A stretch of DNA of 64,000 bases from Eubacteriales bacterium (GCA_051867875.1 JBJDZG010000001.1:17284-81283), one strand, 5' to 3'; positions 1 to 9,787 are shown, counted from the stretch's first letter. Numbers and translations are program-made. The notes: generated by a model from the sequence alone, not told the origin.

Positions 1-147
1 CCCGATAAGGAATGTCTTACTCACTCCGAAGAGAATCCTTGCGATATCTTCAGATGCATGGCTTTCCCGATAGAGGAGTTCACGGCGGGAAACGGTCCGA
101 CGCTCCGCCAGATGAAGCATAACGACAAGGGCTGCGGCTGTCAGTAA
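1..147 (+). CDS. 3' end of an unidentified CDS (partial, runs off window start)
   Basis: Frame-1 ORF is open from the window edge to TAA at 145-147 (...CMAFPIEEFTAGNGPTLRQMKHNDKGCGCQ*) and is followed directly by a hairpin terminator. Product not recognised. The complementary strand is also open here, so this is a weak call. Confidence 0.3.
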   Translation, partial: PDKECLTHSEENPCDIFRCMAFPIEEFTAGNGPTLRQMKHNDKGCGCQ

Positions 148-154
148 AATAAAA

Positions 155-189
155 ATTGCTGTTGCATAAGCAACAGCAATTTTGTATTT
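155..189. terminator. Bidirectional rho-independent terminator between clpX and the convergent partial CDS
   Basis: 11-bp perfect stem attgctgttgc/gcaacagcaat with loop ataa, flanked by an A-run upstream and a T-rich tail downstream. Confidence 0.7.
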
Positions 190-194
190 ACATA

Positions 195-1472
195 TTATTT
201 GAGTACGTATCTGGGCTCTGATTTGTTAATGACGGTATCTCTCGTAATGATAATCTTCTGTACGTCATCACGAGAGGGAACGGAGTACATCATCGGCATC
301 ATAAAGCTTTCCATTATGGAGCGAAGTCCGCGCGCGCCCGTGTTCTGCTTTATTGCAAGCTCGGCTACGGCTTTTATTGCGTCGTCCTCAAATTCAAGTT
401 CTACACCGTCAATGGAGAAGAGCTTCACATACTGCTTGAGAAGCGAATTTCTTGGTTCTGTGATGATTCTCGAAAGGGCATCTTCGTCAAGCTCGTTCAG
501 AGTTACCATAACGGGAATACGTCCTGTAAGCTCCGGAATAAGTCCGTATTTTACGATATCGTGGCTCGTTACGTCCTTGTATATTCCGTCTTTTTTCTTC
601 TCGTCCTTTTTCTTGACGTCGGAGTTAAAACCTATTACGTTGTTTCCTTTCCGTTTTTCAATAATGCTTTCAAGACCGTCAAAAGCACCGCCGCAGATAA
701 AGAGGATATTCTCCGTATTTATCTGTATAAATTCCTGATTAGGGTGCTTGCGTCCGCCCTGAGGGGGGACGTTTGCAACTGTGCCTTCAAGAATTTTGAG
801 AAGTGCCTGCTGAACGCCCTCGCCCGAAACGTCGCGGGTGATGGAGCGGTTTTCGCTTCTTCTTGAAATCTTGTCTATCTCGTCAATATAGATAATGCCT
901 TTTTCAGCTTTCGCTATATCGAAATCGGCAGCCTGAATAAGTCGCAGAAGGATATTTTCAACGTCCTCACCGACGTATCCCGCCTCGGTAAGAGTGGTAG
1001 CATCTGCTATAGCAAAGGGAACTTGAAGAGTTTTTGCAAGCGTCTGCGCAAGATAGGTCTTGCCCACGCCCGTGGGACCTATGAGAAGCACGTTACTCTT
1101 TTGAATATCAACGGAGTCGAGTTCCTTCTCGTCCTTTTGCTCCGTCTTTGATAAAATTCTCTTGTAGTGATTGTAAACCGCAACGGAAAGTGCGATTTTG
1201 GCTTCGTCCTGACCGATAACGTATTCGTCAAGGGTTTTCTTAATCTGCTGTGGCTTGGGAAGCTCCTCAAGCTTAATGCTTTCTGTTTTTTCGGAGAAAT
1301 CCGCCATAGCTTCGTCAAGAATTTCCGCGCAAGTGTCAACGCAGAAATCGCAGATATATACACCCTTTGGCGAGGGAATAAGGAAATTTACCTGATTTTC
1401 GTTTCTTCCGCAGAAACAGCAATACCTTTTTGGGGTATTGCCGTTTCCTTGGCTATTTTTATTTTCAGCCAT
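195..1472 (-). CDS. clpX: ATP-dependent Clp protease ATP-binding subunit ClpX
   Basis: 425-aa ORF with an N-terminal C4 zinc motif (CCFCG...CDFC) and Walker A GPTGVGKT; full-length ClpX-like sequence; directly downstream of clpP. Confidence 0.97.
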   Translation of the reverse strand: MAENKNSQGNGNTPKRYCCFCGRNENQVNFLIPSPKGVYICDFCVDTCAEILDEAMADFSEKTESIKLEELPKPQQIKKTLDEYVIGQDEAKIALSVAVYNHYKRILSKTEQKDEKELDSVDIQKSNVLLIGPTGVGKTYLAQTLAKTLQVPFAIADATTLTEAGYVGEDVENILLRLIQAADFDIAKAEKGIIYIDEIDKISRRSENRSITRDVSGEGVQQALLKILEGTVANVPPQGGRKHPNQEFIQINTENILFICGGAFDGLESIIEKRKGNNVIGFNSDVKKKDEKKKDGIYKDVTSHDIVKYGLIPELTGRIPVMVTLNELDEDALSRIITEPRNSLLKQYVKLFSIDGVELEFEDDAIKAVAELAIKQNTGARGLRSIMESFMMPMMYSVPSRDDVQKIIITRDTVINKSEPRYVLK

Positions 1473-1497
1473 AATATTAACCTTTCAATCAAATCGC

Positions 1498-2091
1498 TCA
1501 GATGTGCTTGTCGATAACCTTGTCGATAAGTCCGTAGGCAAGAGCCTGCTCACTTGTCATATAGTTATCTCTTTCCGTGTCGCGTGCGATTTCCTCGACG
1601 GACTTGCCTGTGTTCTCGGCGAGTATTCTGTTGAGTCTTTCGCGTGTGCGGAGTATGAGCTCTGCTTGAATCTTTATGTCGGTAGCCTGACCTTTAGCAC
1701 CGCCCAAGGGCTGATGAATCATAATCTCACTGTTGGGAAGAGCAAATCTCTTGCCCTTGGCACCCGCAGAGAGAAGGAAAGCGCCCATGCTTGCCGCCAT
1801 ACCTATACAAACGGTTGAAACATCGCACTTGATGAAATTCATCGTGTCGTAAATAGCCATACCTGCCGTGATAGAGCCGCCGGGGGAGTTGATGTAGAAG
1901 GAAATTTCTTTGTCGGGGTCCTGTGCCTCAAGGTAAAGGAGCTGAGCTACCACAAGAGAAGCGGTTGTGTCGTTTACCTCATCGGAAAGGAAAATTATAC
2001 GGTCGTTGAGAAGTCTTGAAAAGATATCGTAAGATCTTTCGCCCCTGCCGGTCTGCTCGACTACCATCGGAACTAAAGAATTATTCATCAT
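1498..2091 (-). CDS. clpP: ATP-dependent Clp protease proteolytic subunit ClpP
   Basis: 197-aa ORF with ClpP active-site contexts ([17 protein letters not shown]); tig-clpP-clpX order. Confidence 0.97.
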   Translation of the reverse strand: MMNNSLVPMVVEQTGRGERSYDIFSRLLNDRIIFLSDEVNDTTASLVVAQLLYLEAQDPDKEISFYINSPGGSITAGMAIYDTMNFIKCDVSTVCIGMAASMGAFLLSAGAKGKRFALPNSEIMIHQPLGGAKGQATDIKIQAELILRTRERLNRILAENTGKSVEEIARDTERDNYMTSEQALAYGLIDKVIDKHI

Positions 2092-2117
2092 AAATATGAC
2101 CTCCTCTTAGTAATTAA

Positions 2118-3515
2118 TTAAGCCTCTGTTTCTTCAGTTGCTTTTTTTGCGGATTTTCTTGTTTTCTTTACGGGTTGCTCTTCGCCCTCGACAGCTTCTG
2201 CTTTGGGAGCTTTCTTTGCAGCCTTCTTTTTAGCGGGAGCTTTTATAACTGCCTTTTCCTTAACAGCGTCCATAGCTAGTTTAACTCTCATATCGGTTGC
2301 AATAAGGTCAGCGTCAATGCCTGCCTTAACCTGCTCAATGTCAACACTGTAAGCATCGGCAATTCTCTGATATTCTGCGTTGATATCGTCATCGCTTGCA
2401 ACGAGATTTTCAAGCTCTGCAATCTTTTCAAGAGCGAGTCTTGCCTTAACCTGCTTTTCAGCCTGAGGACGGAACTGTGCACGGAGCGTTTCAAGTGTCA
2501 TGCCTGTGTACTGGAAATACGTTTGAAGGTCAAGTCCCTGCATACGAAGCTGGTTGTCATAGTCGCGGACGAAGTTTTCAGCCTCATTTTCAAACATAGC
2601 CTCGGGGATATCAGCCTCGAGCTTTTCGATAAGAGCGTCCATAAGCTGACCGTCAACTGCGCTCTCTGCCGTGCTCTCGTGTCTTTTTTCGATTTTTGAC
2701 TTAAGGTCTGCCTTGTATTCATCAAGCGTATCAAATTCGGATACGTCCTTGGCAAACTCGTCGTCAAGCTCGGGGAGCTCAACTCTCGTGATTGCATGAA
2801 TTTTTACCTTGAATACGGAAGCCTTGCCTGCAAGGTCCTCTGCGTGATATTCAGCGGGGAACGTAACGTTTACGTCAAATTCATCGTCAACGCTGTGTCC
2901 GACAATCTGCTCTTCAAAGCCGGGGATAAACTGTCCTGAACCGAGTTTAAGAGCGTAGTCAGTGCCCTTGCCGCCGTCGAATGCAACGCCGTCAACGAAT
3001 CCTTCAAAGTCGATAACGGTTGTGTCGCCAAGCTCGGCAGGGCGGTCGTTTGCGTCGATTTCGCGGGAGTTTCTCTCTCTTACAAGGTCAAGCTCTTTTG
3101 TAATCTCTTCGTCAGTTACGGGAGCAACCTCTTTGGTTAGCTCAATTCCGAAATAGCCTTCGATTTTAACGTCGGGCTTAACGAATACCTTGGCAGTGAA
3201 AACAACGCCGTTTTCGTCGATGGAAAGAACGTCGATTTCGGGCTGAGCTACGGGCTCGATGCCGGATTCCTTAACTGCGCTTTCGTAAGCGTCGGGAAGG
3301 ATATCGTTAAGAGCGGTATCGTAGAAGAAGCCCTTGCCGTACATTTTTTCAATCATAGCTCTGGGAGCTTTGCCTTTTCTGAAACCGGGTATATTGATTT
3401 TACCTACCTCTTTTTTGTAAGCCTTTTCGCAAGCAGCCTCAAATACGTCCGCTTCAACGGAGAAGTGAAGTTCAACTTTGCTGCCTTCGAGTTTTTCGTT
3501 TTTGATTAATTTCAT
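2118..3515 (-). CDS. tig: Trigger factor (465 aa) with a Lys/Ala-rich C-terminal tail
   Basis: Trigger-factor-like sequence including the GFRKGKAP ribosome-binding signature. Start set at ATG 3515 (MKLIKNEK) because GGAGGA lies 7 nt upstream; the track ORF starts 27 nt earlier without an RBS. Confidence 0.95.
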   Translation of the reverse strand: MKLIKNEKLEGSKVELHFSVEADVFEAACEKAYKKEVGKINIPGFRKGKAPRAMIEKMYGKGFFYDTALNDILPDAYESAVKESGIEPVAQPEIDVLSIDENGVVFTAKVFVKPDVKIEGYFGIELTKEVAPVTDEEITKELDLVRERNSREIDANDRPAELGDTTVIDFEGFVDGVAFDGGKGTDYALKLGSGQFIPGFEEQIVGHSVDDEFDVNVTFPAEYHAEDLAGKASVFKVKIHAITRVELPELDDEFAKDVSEFDTLDEYKADLKSKIEKRHESTAESAVDGQLMDALIEKLEADIPEAMFENEAENFVRDYDNQLRMQGLDLQTYFQYTGMTLETLRAQFRPQAEKQVKARLALEKIAELENLVASDDDINAEYQRIADAYSVDIEQVKAGIDADLIATDMRVKLAMDAVKEKAVIKAPAKKKAAKKAPKAEAVEGEEQPVKKTRKSAKKATEETEA

Positions 3516-3551
3516 TTTCAAATCCTCCAAGATTTTATACATACATCATCT

Positions 3552-3580
3552 ATTATATATAAAACAAGTCAAAATGTCAA
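3552..3580 (-). promoter_or_regulatory. Sigma-A-type promoter for tig-clpP-clpX
   Basis: Minus-strand TTGACA (3580-3575), 17-nt spacer, TATAAT (3557-3552); exact consensus about 36 nt upstream of the tig start. Confidence 0.6.
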
Positions 3581-3606
3581 GTTTTTTTTATAAATAAGGC
3601 TAAAAA

Positions 3607-4335
3607 TCAGATAAAAACGGGTATCGGCGTGAAATTTAAGTAATCCGATGCGGCCATAATGAAGTCAATTCCGTCAAAAGTCAGCTTTTTCGGTACGTTG
3701 TAATTGTTGTGAACGTGTCCGTAATAACAGGTTTTTATCTCGTATTTTTTCAGCACGTCGAGAATTTTGTCGCATACGCACTCTGCATAGACGGGCGGGA
3801 AGTGCAAAAAAACTATTATGGGCAGCTCCTCGTGCTCCTCTTTGATTTTGAGGGCGGATTTAAGACTTATTTCAAGCCTTTGAGCCTCGCGCGCAACTAT
3901 CTTTTCGTAATCAACCTCGCCCACGGTGCGCTGTTGCTTTTCGTCGTAAAACCAACCGCGCGAACCGCATACTATGCAATTTTCAAACAGGTAAGCATTG
4001 TTGTGAAGGAGCTTTATCGAGGTGATTTCGTTTTCCTCAAAAAATGCGTATATTTTTGAAGCGGTTGACCACCAGAAATCGTGATTGCCCTTGCCGATTA
4101 TCTTCTGTCCCGGCAGGGAATCGAGAAATTTGAAATCGGATTTTGCTTCTTCAAGCGTCATAGCCCACGATATGTCGCCGGGAATTATAACCGTGTCGGA
4201 GTCAGTTACCACCGCCCGAAAATTTTTTTCAAGCTTTTCGTGGTAATCTCTCCATCTCGGACCGAATTTTTCCATTGATTTGTCGGTAGTCTCATTCGTT
4301 GAGAGATGAAGGTCGGAAATAACGTATAAAGACAT
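3607..4335 (-). CDS. Metallophosphoesterase (calcineurin-like phosphoesterase family)
   Basis: 242 aa with motifs SDLHLS, PGDISW, GKGNHDFWW and GHVH. Start at ATG 4335 (MSLYVISDLH) with AGGA 7 nt upstream. Confidence 0.8.
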   Translation of the reverse strand: MSLYVISDLHLSTNETTDKSMEKFGPRWRDYHEKLEKNFRAVVTDSDTVIIPGDISWAMTLEEAKSDFKFLDSLPGQKIIGKGNHDFWWSTASKIYAFFEENEITSIKLLHNNAYLFENCIVCGSRGWFYDEKQQRTVGEVDYEKIVAREAQRLEISLKSALKIKEEHEELPIIVFLHFPPVYAECVCDKILDVLKKYEIKTCYYGHVHNNYNVPKKLTFDGIDFIMAASDYLNFTPIPVFI

Positions 4336-4435
4336 TTTCATTTCCTTTCGTGTATATTTTCGTGTCAAGTGTTAAAAATAAAGGCGAGAGAAATCTCAAA
4401 ATTCAGAGCCGTAAGGCAGAACGGAGTTTCAAAAA

Positions 4436-4618
4436 ATGGATAACGAGAAGAATTGCTGTGGCAAAAACGTAATCAAAGGCATTACCTGCGACGTGCATAA
4501 CTGCAAATATCACGAAGGCGCTGACAAATGTACGGCAGGACACATTAAGGTAGGTCCTTATGGGGCAGAGGAAAGCAGAGAAACGCTTTGCGCTACCTTT
4601 GAAAACAGAGCTCAATAA
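4436..4618 (+). CDS. DUF1540-like small Cys/His-rich protein (60 aa)
   Basis: ITCDVHNCKYHEGADKCTAGHIKV...ETLCATFENR matches the four-Cys DUF1540 pattern as I remember it. Has an RBS-like CGGAG upstream and its own hairpin terminator. Lies antisense to a junk-looking 115-aa ORF. Confidence 0.6.
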   Translation: MDNEKNCCGKNVIKGITCDVHNCKYHEGADKCTAGHIKVGPYGAEESRETLCATFENRAQ

Positions 4619-4633
4619 CAGCTCGCTCTCCAA

Positions 4634-4661
4634 GCGCACCTCGTAAGAGGTGTGCTTTTTT
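4634..4661 (+). terminator. Rho-independent terminator of the DUF1540 gene (overlaps the thrC stop codon)
   Basis: 9-bp stem gcgcacctc/gaggtgtgc (one G-U), loop gtaa, followed by TTTTTT. Confidence 0.6.
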
Positions 4662-6144
4662 ATCTTTCGGTAAATTTTATCACCTCGCCGAGCATTCCTT
4701 CCTTTGAGGTGACGGCGGGGAAGTTCACAGTCCTTTTGTCGAGGTTGCAAAGAGGCTTCGGAATTTCCGTGCCCGTGGCATTTTTCAGGTCGTCAAGAGA
4801 AGCAAGGTCGCTCTCTGGAGCTTTGCCGAAAAGGGAAATATAAACATCCTTTGCAAATTTGTACGGGTTTGCGGTGGAGGCAACCACCGTCTTGCGATTA
4901 TCGCCCGAAATAGCTCTGTAATCAGCAAGAGCAGAGAAGCCGACTGCTGTGTGAGTGTCGATTAGATATCCGTATTTTTCGTAATTTATCCTTATCGCAT
5001 CCGAAGTCTTTTTTTCATCGGCGGAGAATCCGACAAAGCTCTCGGCTATCGCTTGCCTTTCGGCACCGTCAATAGTATATGCACCCGTTTCATTAAGACT
5101 TCTCATATATTGAGCGGTTTTTTCAGCACCGCAAACGAAATAGAGTAGCCGTTCAAGATTGCTTGAAATAAGAATATCCATTGACGGCGACATAGTCAGA
5201 TGAAATTCGCGGTTTCTGTCGTAAATTCCCGTTCTGAGAAAATCGGTGAGTATATTGTTTGAATTTGAAGCGCAAATCAGTTTATCAATGGGAAGCCCCA
5301 TAAGCTTTGCTATGTACGCCGCCAGAATATTGCCGAAATTGCCCGTCGGAACGCAGACGTTGATTTTTTCGTCGGGTTCAATATCTGCACCGTTAAGCAA
5401 ATCGCAGTACGCCTTTATGTAATAGACTATCTGCGGAGCGAGTCTTCCGAAATTTATGGAGTTGGCACTCGAGAAGAAGTAACCCCTTTCATCGAGCATC
5501 TTTGCTATGCTTTCGTCCGAGAATATCTTTTTGACACCCGTCTGAATGTCATCGAAATTACCCTTGACCGCACAAACGTTGACGTTTGAACCGTCTTGGG
5601 TTATCATTTGAAGCTTTTGAACGGAGCTGACTCCGTTTTCGGGATAGAAAACGGCTGTTTTTATTCCATCAACGTTTTTGCAGCCTTCAAGAGCTGCCTT
5701 GCCCGTGTCACCGGACGTGGCGACGAGCACCAGAGCGGTGCGTTCCTCGTGCGTCTTTTTAAGCGCGCGGGAGAGAAGCCTCGGCATAAGTTGAAGAGCC
5801 ATATCCTTAAAAGCGCAGGTAGGTCCGTGCCAAAGCTCAAGCGAAAATGTATAATTATTCACTTTTTTGACAGGGCAGGCGCCGTCTGGAAAACTCTTTT
5901 CGGAGTAAGCGTTTCGGCAGTCCTCCAAAAGCTCGCCGTAGGAGTAATCCGTGAGGAATTTTGACAGAATTTCCGCCGCAAGCTCGGGATATGAGAGCTT
6001 GCGGTAACGCTCGATATCGTCAAAAGTTATCGAGGGAATTTCTTCGGGCACGAAAAGACCGCCGTCGTCGGCAAGCCCCTGCTTTATAACCTCGGCAGAT
6101 GAATATTTTGTTTTGTTTGCATCTCTTGTGCTTTGAAATTTCAT
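4660..6144 (-). CDS. thrC: Threonine synthase (long form, 494 aa)
   Basis: Full-length ThrC-like sequence with the PLP-lysine context (PTCAFKDMALQ) and GNFGN motif. Confidence 0.9.
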   Translation of the reverse strand: MKFQSTRDANKTKYSSAEVIKQGLADDGGLFVPEEIPSITFDDIERYRKLSYPELAAEILSKFLTDYSYGELLEDCRNAYSEKSFPDGACPVKKVNNYTFSLELWHGPTCAFKDMALQLMPRLLSRALKKTHEERTALVLVATSGDTGKAALEGCKNVDGIKTAVFYPENGVSSVQKLQMITQDGSNVNVCAVKGNFDDIQTGVKKIFSDESIAKMLDERGYFFSSANSINFGRLAPQIVYYIKAYCDLLNGADIEPDEKINVCVPTGNFGNILAAYIAKLMGLPIDKLICASNSNNILTDFLRTGIYDRNREFHLTMSPSMDILISSNLERLLYFVCGAEKTAQYMRSLNETGAYTIDGAERQAIAESFVGFSADEKKTSDAIRINYEKYGYLIDTHTAVGFSALADYRAISGDNRKTVVASTANPYKFAKDVYISLFGKAPESDLASLDDLKNATGTEIPKPLCNLDKRTVNFPAVTSKEGMLGEVIKFTER

Positions 6145-6157
6145 AGTTCTTTTACCT

Positions 6158-7090
6158 TCAAAAGTTGTTTTTGAAAAAGTTATATGTGTTTTTGAACATT
6201 ATTTTGTCAATAAGCTCCGAGGAATAATTGAGCCTTTGCATCTCCTCGGCAATTTTATATACATCACCGATGCCCGAAAATCCGTCGGGCAGGTCGGTGC
6301 CGTCAAGGTCAGAGCCCATAGCGAGCGAGTCCTGTCCGCCAAGTGAGAGATAGTGTTCAATGTGCCTCATTACGTCGCAAATGTTTGCCTTTGTGTCAGC
6401 GCGAAGATGTTCGGGGCAGAGGTTGATGCCAACAAGTCCCCCGATGCGCGAGATTTGTATAAAATGTTCATCGAGAAGATTTCTCGTGTGCGGATTCACG
6501 GAATACGAATCGGAATGGGTTGCAACTATGGGTTTGCCTCGCTCGCAGGCGAGAAACAAGGTCTGCTCCGCACCCGCAAAAGAGCAGTGAGAAACGTCGG
6601 GAACTATTCCAAGCTCAAAGCATTTTTTGACGACCTCGCGCCCGAAATCGGTAAGCCCGTTTTTCGTATTGTGAGCGCCGCCTATACAGGTGTCACCATA
6701 CCAATTCAGCGTAAGCAGCCTTACTCCGTTTCGGTAGAGCTCGTCGAGCCTTGAAATATCGTTTTCAAGTATCCGTGCGTCCTCGACCGCAAGTATCAGG
6801 GCTCTTTTGCCCTGTGCCAAAAGAGTGTCAGCCTCGGAAAAATTGCTTGCAAGTCCCGATATTTTATCGTTTTTTCCGACCTCGCGGCGCAGGTTTTCCG
6901 CAACCTCAAAAAATCTTGCGTACCCCTCGCCGTTGCTTAACTTATGCGAGGTCCAAACCGCCATAACCTGAGCGTAGCTTTCGAGATATTCCGCACCTTT
7001 GAGCGAAATATGAAAATTGTTGCCGTATAACTCACCGCCCTCACCGAGAAGCCTCGTTGCGGTGTCGCAGTGTAAATCAAATAATCTCAT
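6158..7090 (-). CDS. Membrane dipeptidase (peptidase family M19)
   Basis: 310 aa with an N-terminal FDLHCDT metal motif and overall renal-dipeptidase-family pattern. Confidence 0.85.
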   Translation of the reverse strand: MRLFDLHCDTATRLLGEGGELYGNNFHISLKGAEYLESYAQVMAVWTSHKLSNGEGYARFFEVAENLRREVGKNDKISGLASNFSEADTLLAQGKRALILAVEDARILENDISRLDELYRNGVRLLTLNWYGDTCIGGAHNTKNGLTDFGREVVKKCFELGIVPDVSHCSFAGAEQTLFLACERGKPIVATHSDSYSVNPHTRNLLDEHFIQISRIGGLVGINLCPEHLRADTKANICDVMRHIEHYLSLGGQDSLAMGSDLDGTDLPDGFSGIGDVYKIAEEMQRLNYSSELIDKIMFKNTYNFFKNNF

Positions 7091-7098
7091 AAAAAGTA

Positions 7099-7491
7099 TC
7101 AGTTTCCAAAAGCGTCCTCAATGTGATTGATTTTCAGCACCTCTGAAGGGGAGCCGTCCTTGGACTTTGAGAGATATATTTCAAGAACGTCCATTCTCGG
7201 CGTTTTGCTTGTCGGGTGTTCGGCAAGATAGCTCTGCGCGGCGGCGACGGTACGTTTCTGCTTTGAAGCAGTTACAGCCATAGCGGGCGTGCCGAAAGCG
7301 AGGTCGCGCTCCGAGGCGCAGGAGCGGGTTTTGACCTCAACAAATATAATATATTGTTTATTTTCGGCAATAATGTCTATCTCGTTGTGCGATGCATAAT
7401 AATTTTGAGCCACTATCTTAAATTTCTTGCTTTGAAGATAATAGCACGCAACGCTCTCGCCGTATCTGCCGACCTCAGTAGTGTTTTTCAT
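7099..7491 (-). CDS. yraN: YraN-family endonuclease-like protein (UPF0102)
   Basis: 130 aa from ATG 7491 (MKNTTEVGRYGESVACYYL...EIDIIA...IIFVEVKTR), the typical YraN pattern. The track ORF is extended upstream into rnhB in another frame. Conserved rnhB-yraN order. Confidence 0.8.
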   Translation of the reverse strand: MKNTTEVGRYGESVACYYLQSKKFKIVAQNYYASHNEIDIIAENKQYIIFVEVKTRSCASERDLAFGTPAMAVTASKQKRTVAAAQSYLAEHPTSKTPRMDVLEIYLSKSKDGSPSEVLKINHIEDAFGN

Positions 7492-7493
7492 AG

Positions 7494-8096
7494 TTATTTT
7501 TCGTCCAAAAATCTGATAAATTTCTTTCTGTGAATTGGGGAAGGACCGTATTTTCTGAGCGCCTCCATGTGCGCCTTCGTACCGTAGCCCTTGTGCTTGG
7601 CGATGCCGTATTCGGGATAGTCCCTGTCCATCTGCTCGCACATCTCGTCCCTTGTAACCTTGGCGAGAATTGACGCGGCGGCGATGGACGGACTCGTTGC
7701 GTCGCCCCCTATGACCGTCATCGTGGGAATGGAGAATCCGCGGCTGATATTTCCGTCGATTATGGCGTAATCCGCCTTGATTTTCAAACCCTCAACGGCT
7801 CGTCTCATGGCGAGCATGTCCGCTTCGAGAATGTTGAGCTCGTCAATTTCCTCAACGCTTGCCTCGGCTATGCAATATGCAAGCGCATTCTCGACGATTT
7901 GCTCAAAAACCTGCCTGCGTTTTTTCGGAGAGAGCTTTTTCGAGTCGTTAAGTCCCTCGATGTAAAATCCCGTAGGGAGTATGCACGCAGCGGCAACGAC
8001 GGGACCGCAAAGCGGACCTCTGCCTGCCTCGTCCACACCGCAGATATAGGTGTAGCCTTGGTCAATAAGGCTTTGTTCTATCGTGTATTCAAGCAT
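7494..8096 (-). CDS. rnhB: Ribonuclease HII
   Basis: 200 aa with the GVDEAGRGPL active-site motif. Start at ATG 8096 with AAGGAG 9 nt upstream. Confidence 0.93.
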   Translation of the reverse strand: MLEYTIEQSLIDQGYTYICGVDEAGRGPLCGPVVAAACILPTGFYIEGLNDSKKLSPKKRRQVFEQIVENALAYCIAEASVEEIDELNILEADMLAMRRAVEGLKIKADYAIIDGNISRGFSIPTMTVIGGDATSPSIAAASILAKVTRDEMCEQMDRDYPEYGIAKHKGYGTKAHMEALRKYGPSPIHRKKFIRFLDEK

Positions 8097-8109
8097 AAAT
8101 AACCGCTCC

Positions 8110-8973
8110 TTAAATTCTGTCAAGAGTTATCCTGCCTATTTTGGCGCTTCTGAACTCGTCAAGAAGAACCGCAGCCGTTCTTTCGGTGTTTATCTCACCG
8201 CCCGAAATAAGGAAACCGCGCTTTCTGCCTATCTCCTCGAAAAGCTCGTAATCGGTGTATTCCTCGTATTTGCTCATATCGCCGAGCTTGTATCTCTGGG
8301 CTAACATCTCGGGATAGTATTTGCGAAGACGGGAGCAGAGAACTACCGCAAGGGTTTCGACGTCAAGTATCTTGTCCTTGATAGCACCCGTAAGAGCGAG
8401 ATTTTCACCCGTAAGTCTGTCGTCAAACTTGGGCCAGAGAACACCGGGCATATCCATGAGGTCAAGTCCGATATTCGTCGCAACCCACTGCTTGTCAACC
8501 GTTACGCCGGGCCTGTTTTCAACCTTGGCTTTCTTGCTTCCGCAAATCTTATTGATAAGAGAGGACTTGCCGACGTTGGGAATACCGACAATCATTGCTT
8601 TTAGCTTTCTTCCGCTCATTCCTTTGCTTTCGTATCTCTGTATCTTTTCTGCGAGCACATCCGTGACGGCGTCGCTGATTTTGTTTATTCCCATACCGCT
8701 GATGCAGTCGGTCGTTATACATACAGTCTGACCCTTGGAATAGTATTCGCACCATTTTTTAGTCATTTCGGGGTCAGCAAGAGTCGCCTTGTTGAGCAAA
8801 AGAACAGTGGGCTTTTGCGCGGTCAGGGAAGCTATTTCGGGATTCCGCGAGCTTTTGGGTATTCTCGCGTCAAGAATTTCTATTACGATGTCTACGTTTT
8901 TGAGGTTTTCCGTAATCATTCGGCGGGTTTTCGCCATGTGCCCGGGGAACCATTGAATCTGTTCTGATGGCAT
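8110..8973 (-). CDS. rbgA: Ribosome biogenesis GTPase A (YlqF/RbgA)
   Basis: 287 aa with circularly permuted GTPase motifs (LNKATL before GIPNVGKSS...DMPG); lepB-rbgA-rnhB synteny. Confidence 0.93.
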   Translation of the reverse strand: MPSEQIQWFPGHMAKTRRMITENLKNVDIVIEILDARIPKSSRNPEIASLTAQKPTVLLLNKATLADPEMTKKWCEYYSKGQTVCITTDCISGMGINKISDAVTDVLAEKIQRYESKGMSGRKLKAMIVGIPNVGKSSLINKICGSKKAKVENRPGVTVDKQWVATNIGLDLMDMPGVLWPKFDDRLTGENLALTGAIKDKILDVETLAVVLCSRLRKYYPEMLAQRYKLGDMSKYEEYTDYELFEEIGRKRGFLISGGEINTERTAAVLLDEFRSAKIGRITLDRI

Positions 8974-9001
8974 AATAATCTCCGTTTTGTTAGTTTTATA
9001 G

Positions 9002-9601
9002 TCAGTTAACCGTTCCTATGCGGTCGAAGGGAAAGAATCTGAAAATGACCTTGCCCATGATACTGCGCTCGTCAACAAGACCGACCTCGGAATAACGGCT
9101 GTCAAGGGAATTGTTTCTGTTGTCGCCCATTACGAAGAGGTAACCTTCGGGCACGTAAGTTTCCGTGACGCCCGTCATCTTGTAGTATCCTCTGTCAAGA
9201 TAAACGTAATCGCCCTCGTCGATTATTTCGTTTATTTCAAAAATATCGTCCTCTGATACGTATACCTCTCCCGCATCAAAGTCTATTCTGACCCATTTGC
9301 CGCCTGTGGCGATGACTCTCTTGACGACAAATTCATTGAGATTTCCCGTGTCGTGAAAAACAACAATGTCACTTTCTTTGGGTGTGTAGAAAAGATTGCT
9401 GATTATTATTTTTTCTCCGTTGTGCAGCGTATTTGACATTGATACGCCCGTCACCGTCAGCACTTTGAAGAGAATACACAGAAGAATGACGACAAAGACT
9501 GCCGATTTTATAAACGCATCGAATACGTCGTAAAATAAGCTTGCGTTGCTTGGCACGGCAGGGGCTTTTTGAGTGTTCGTGTTTTCTTGTTCGTTGTTCA
9601 T
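9002..9601 (-). CDS. lepB: Signal peptidase I
   Basis: 199 aa with an N-terminal TM segment and the boxes SMSNTL, VKRVIA and GDNRNNSLDSR. Confidence 0.9.
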   Translation of the reverse strand: MNNEQENTNTQKAPAVPSNASLFYDVFDAFIKSAVFVVILLCILFKVLTVTGVSMSNTLHNGEKIIISNLFYTPKESDIVVFHDTGNLNEFVVKRVIATGGKWVRIDFDAGEVYVSEDDIFEINEIIDEGDYVYLDRGYYKMTGVTETYVPEGYLFVMGDNRNNSLDSRYSEVGLVDERSIMGKVIFRFFPFDRIGTVN

Positions 9602-9758
9602 CTTGCCTCCACGTATAAAACATACTCATATAATAATGGAACAAATCGCGTTCGAAATTGATTTTATATCAAATCTTTATAATTATAGCATACTTTTTCA
9701 CAATAAACAAGTTCTTTTGAAAAAATGTAAAAAAATATGGAAAAAATCAAAAAAAATA

Positions 9759-9787
9759 TTGACATAGTCGCAAAAATATGTTAAGAT
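9759..9787 (+). promoter_or_regulatory. Sigma-A-type promoter for the nfeD-SPFH operon
   Basis: TTGACA (9759-9764), 17-nt spacer, TGtTAAGAT extended -10 (9779-9787); about 130-nt leader. Confidence 0.55.

Noticed and set aside
3560-3590. TTGACAttTTGACT upstream of tig, considered as a CtsR operator (direct heptad repeat)
   Set aside because: The heptads are spaced 8 nt apart rather than the 10 nt of the CtsR consensus, and the first heptad has two mismatches. The sequence is fully explained as the -35 region of the tig promoter.
4403-4750. 115-aa minus-strand ORF spanning the DUF1540 locus and the thrC 3' end
   Set aside because: It overlaps the thrC coding end in another frame, its translation has no recognisable features, and the opposite-strand DUF1540 ORF has a clear family pattern plus a terminator.
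7099-7641. Upstream N-terminal extensions of track ORFs (yraN 180 aa, rsmE 288 aa, rpsB 263 aa, ppdK 898 aa, der 455 aa, DUF512 463 aa, hydrolase 331 aa, and others)
   Set aside because: In each case the conserved protein N-terminus begins at an internal ATG preceded by a GGAG-type RBS. The extension overlaps the upstream gene, a promoter or a terminator. Starts were re-set accordingly.
9573-9767. 64-aa plus-strand ORF in the lepB / nfeD intergenic region
   Set aside because: It starts inside lepB on the antisense strand and runs through an A/T-rich promoter region. It has no RBS and lysine-rich low-complexity translation, so it is most likely non-coding.
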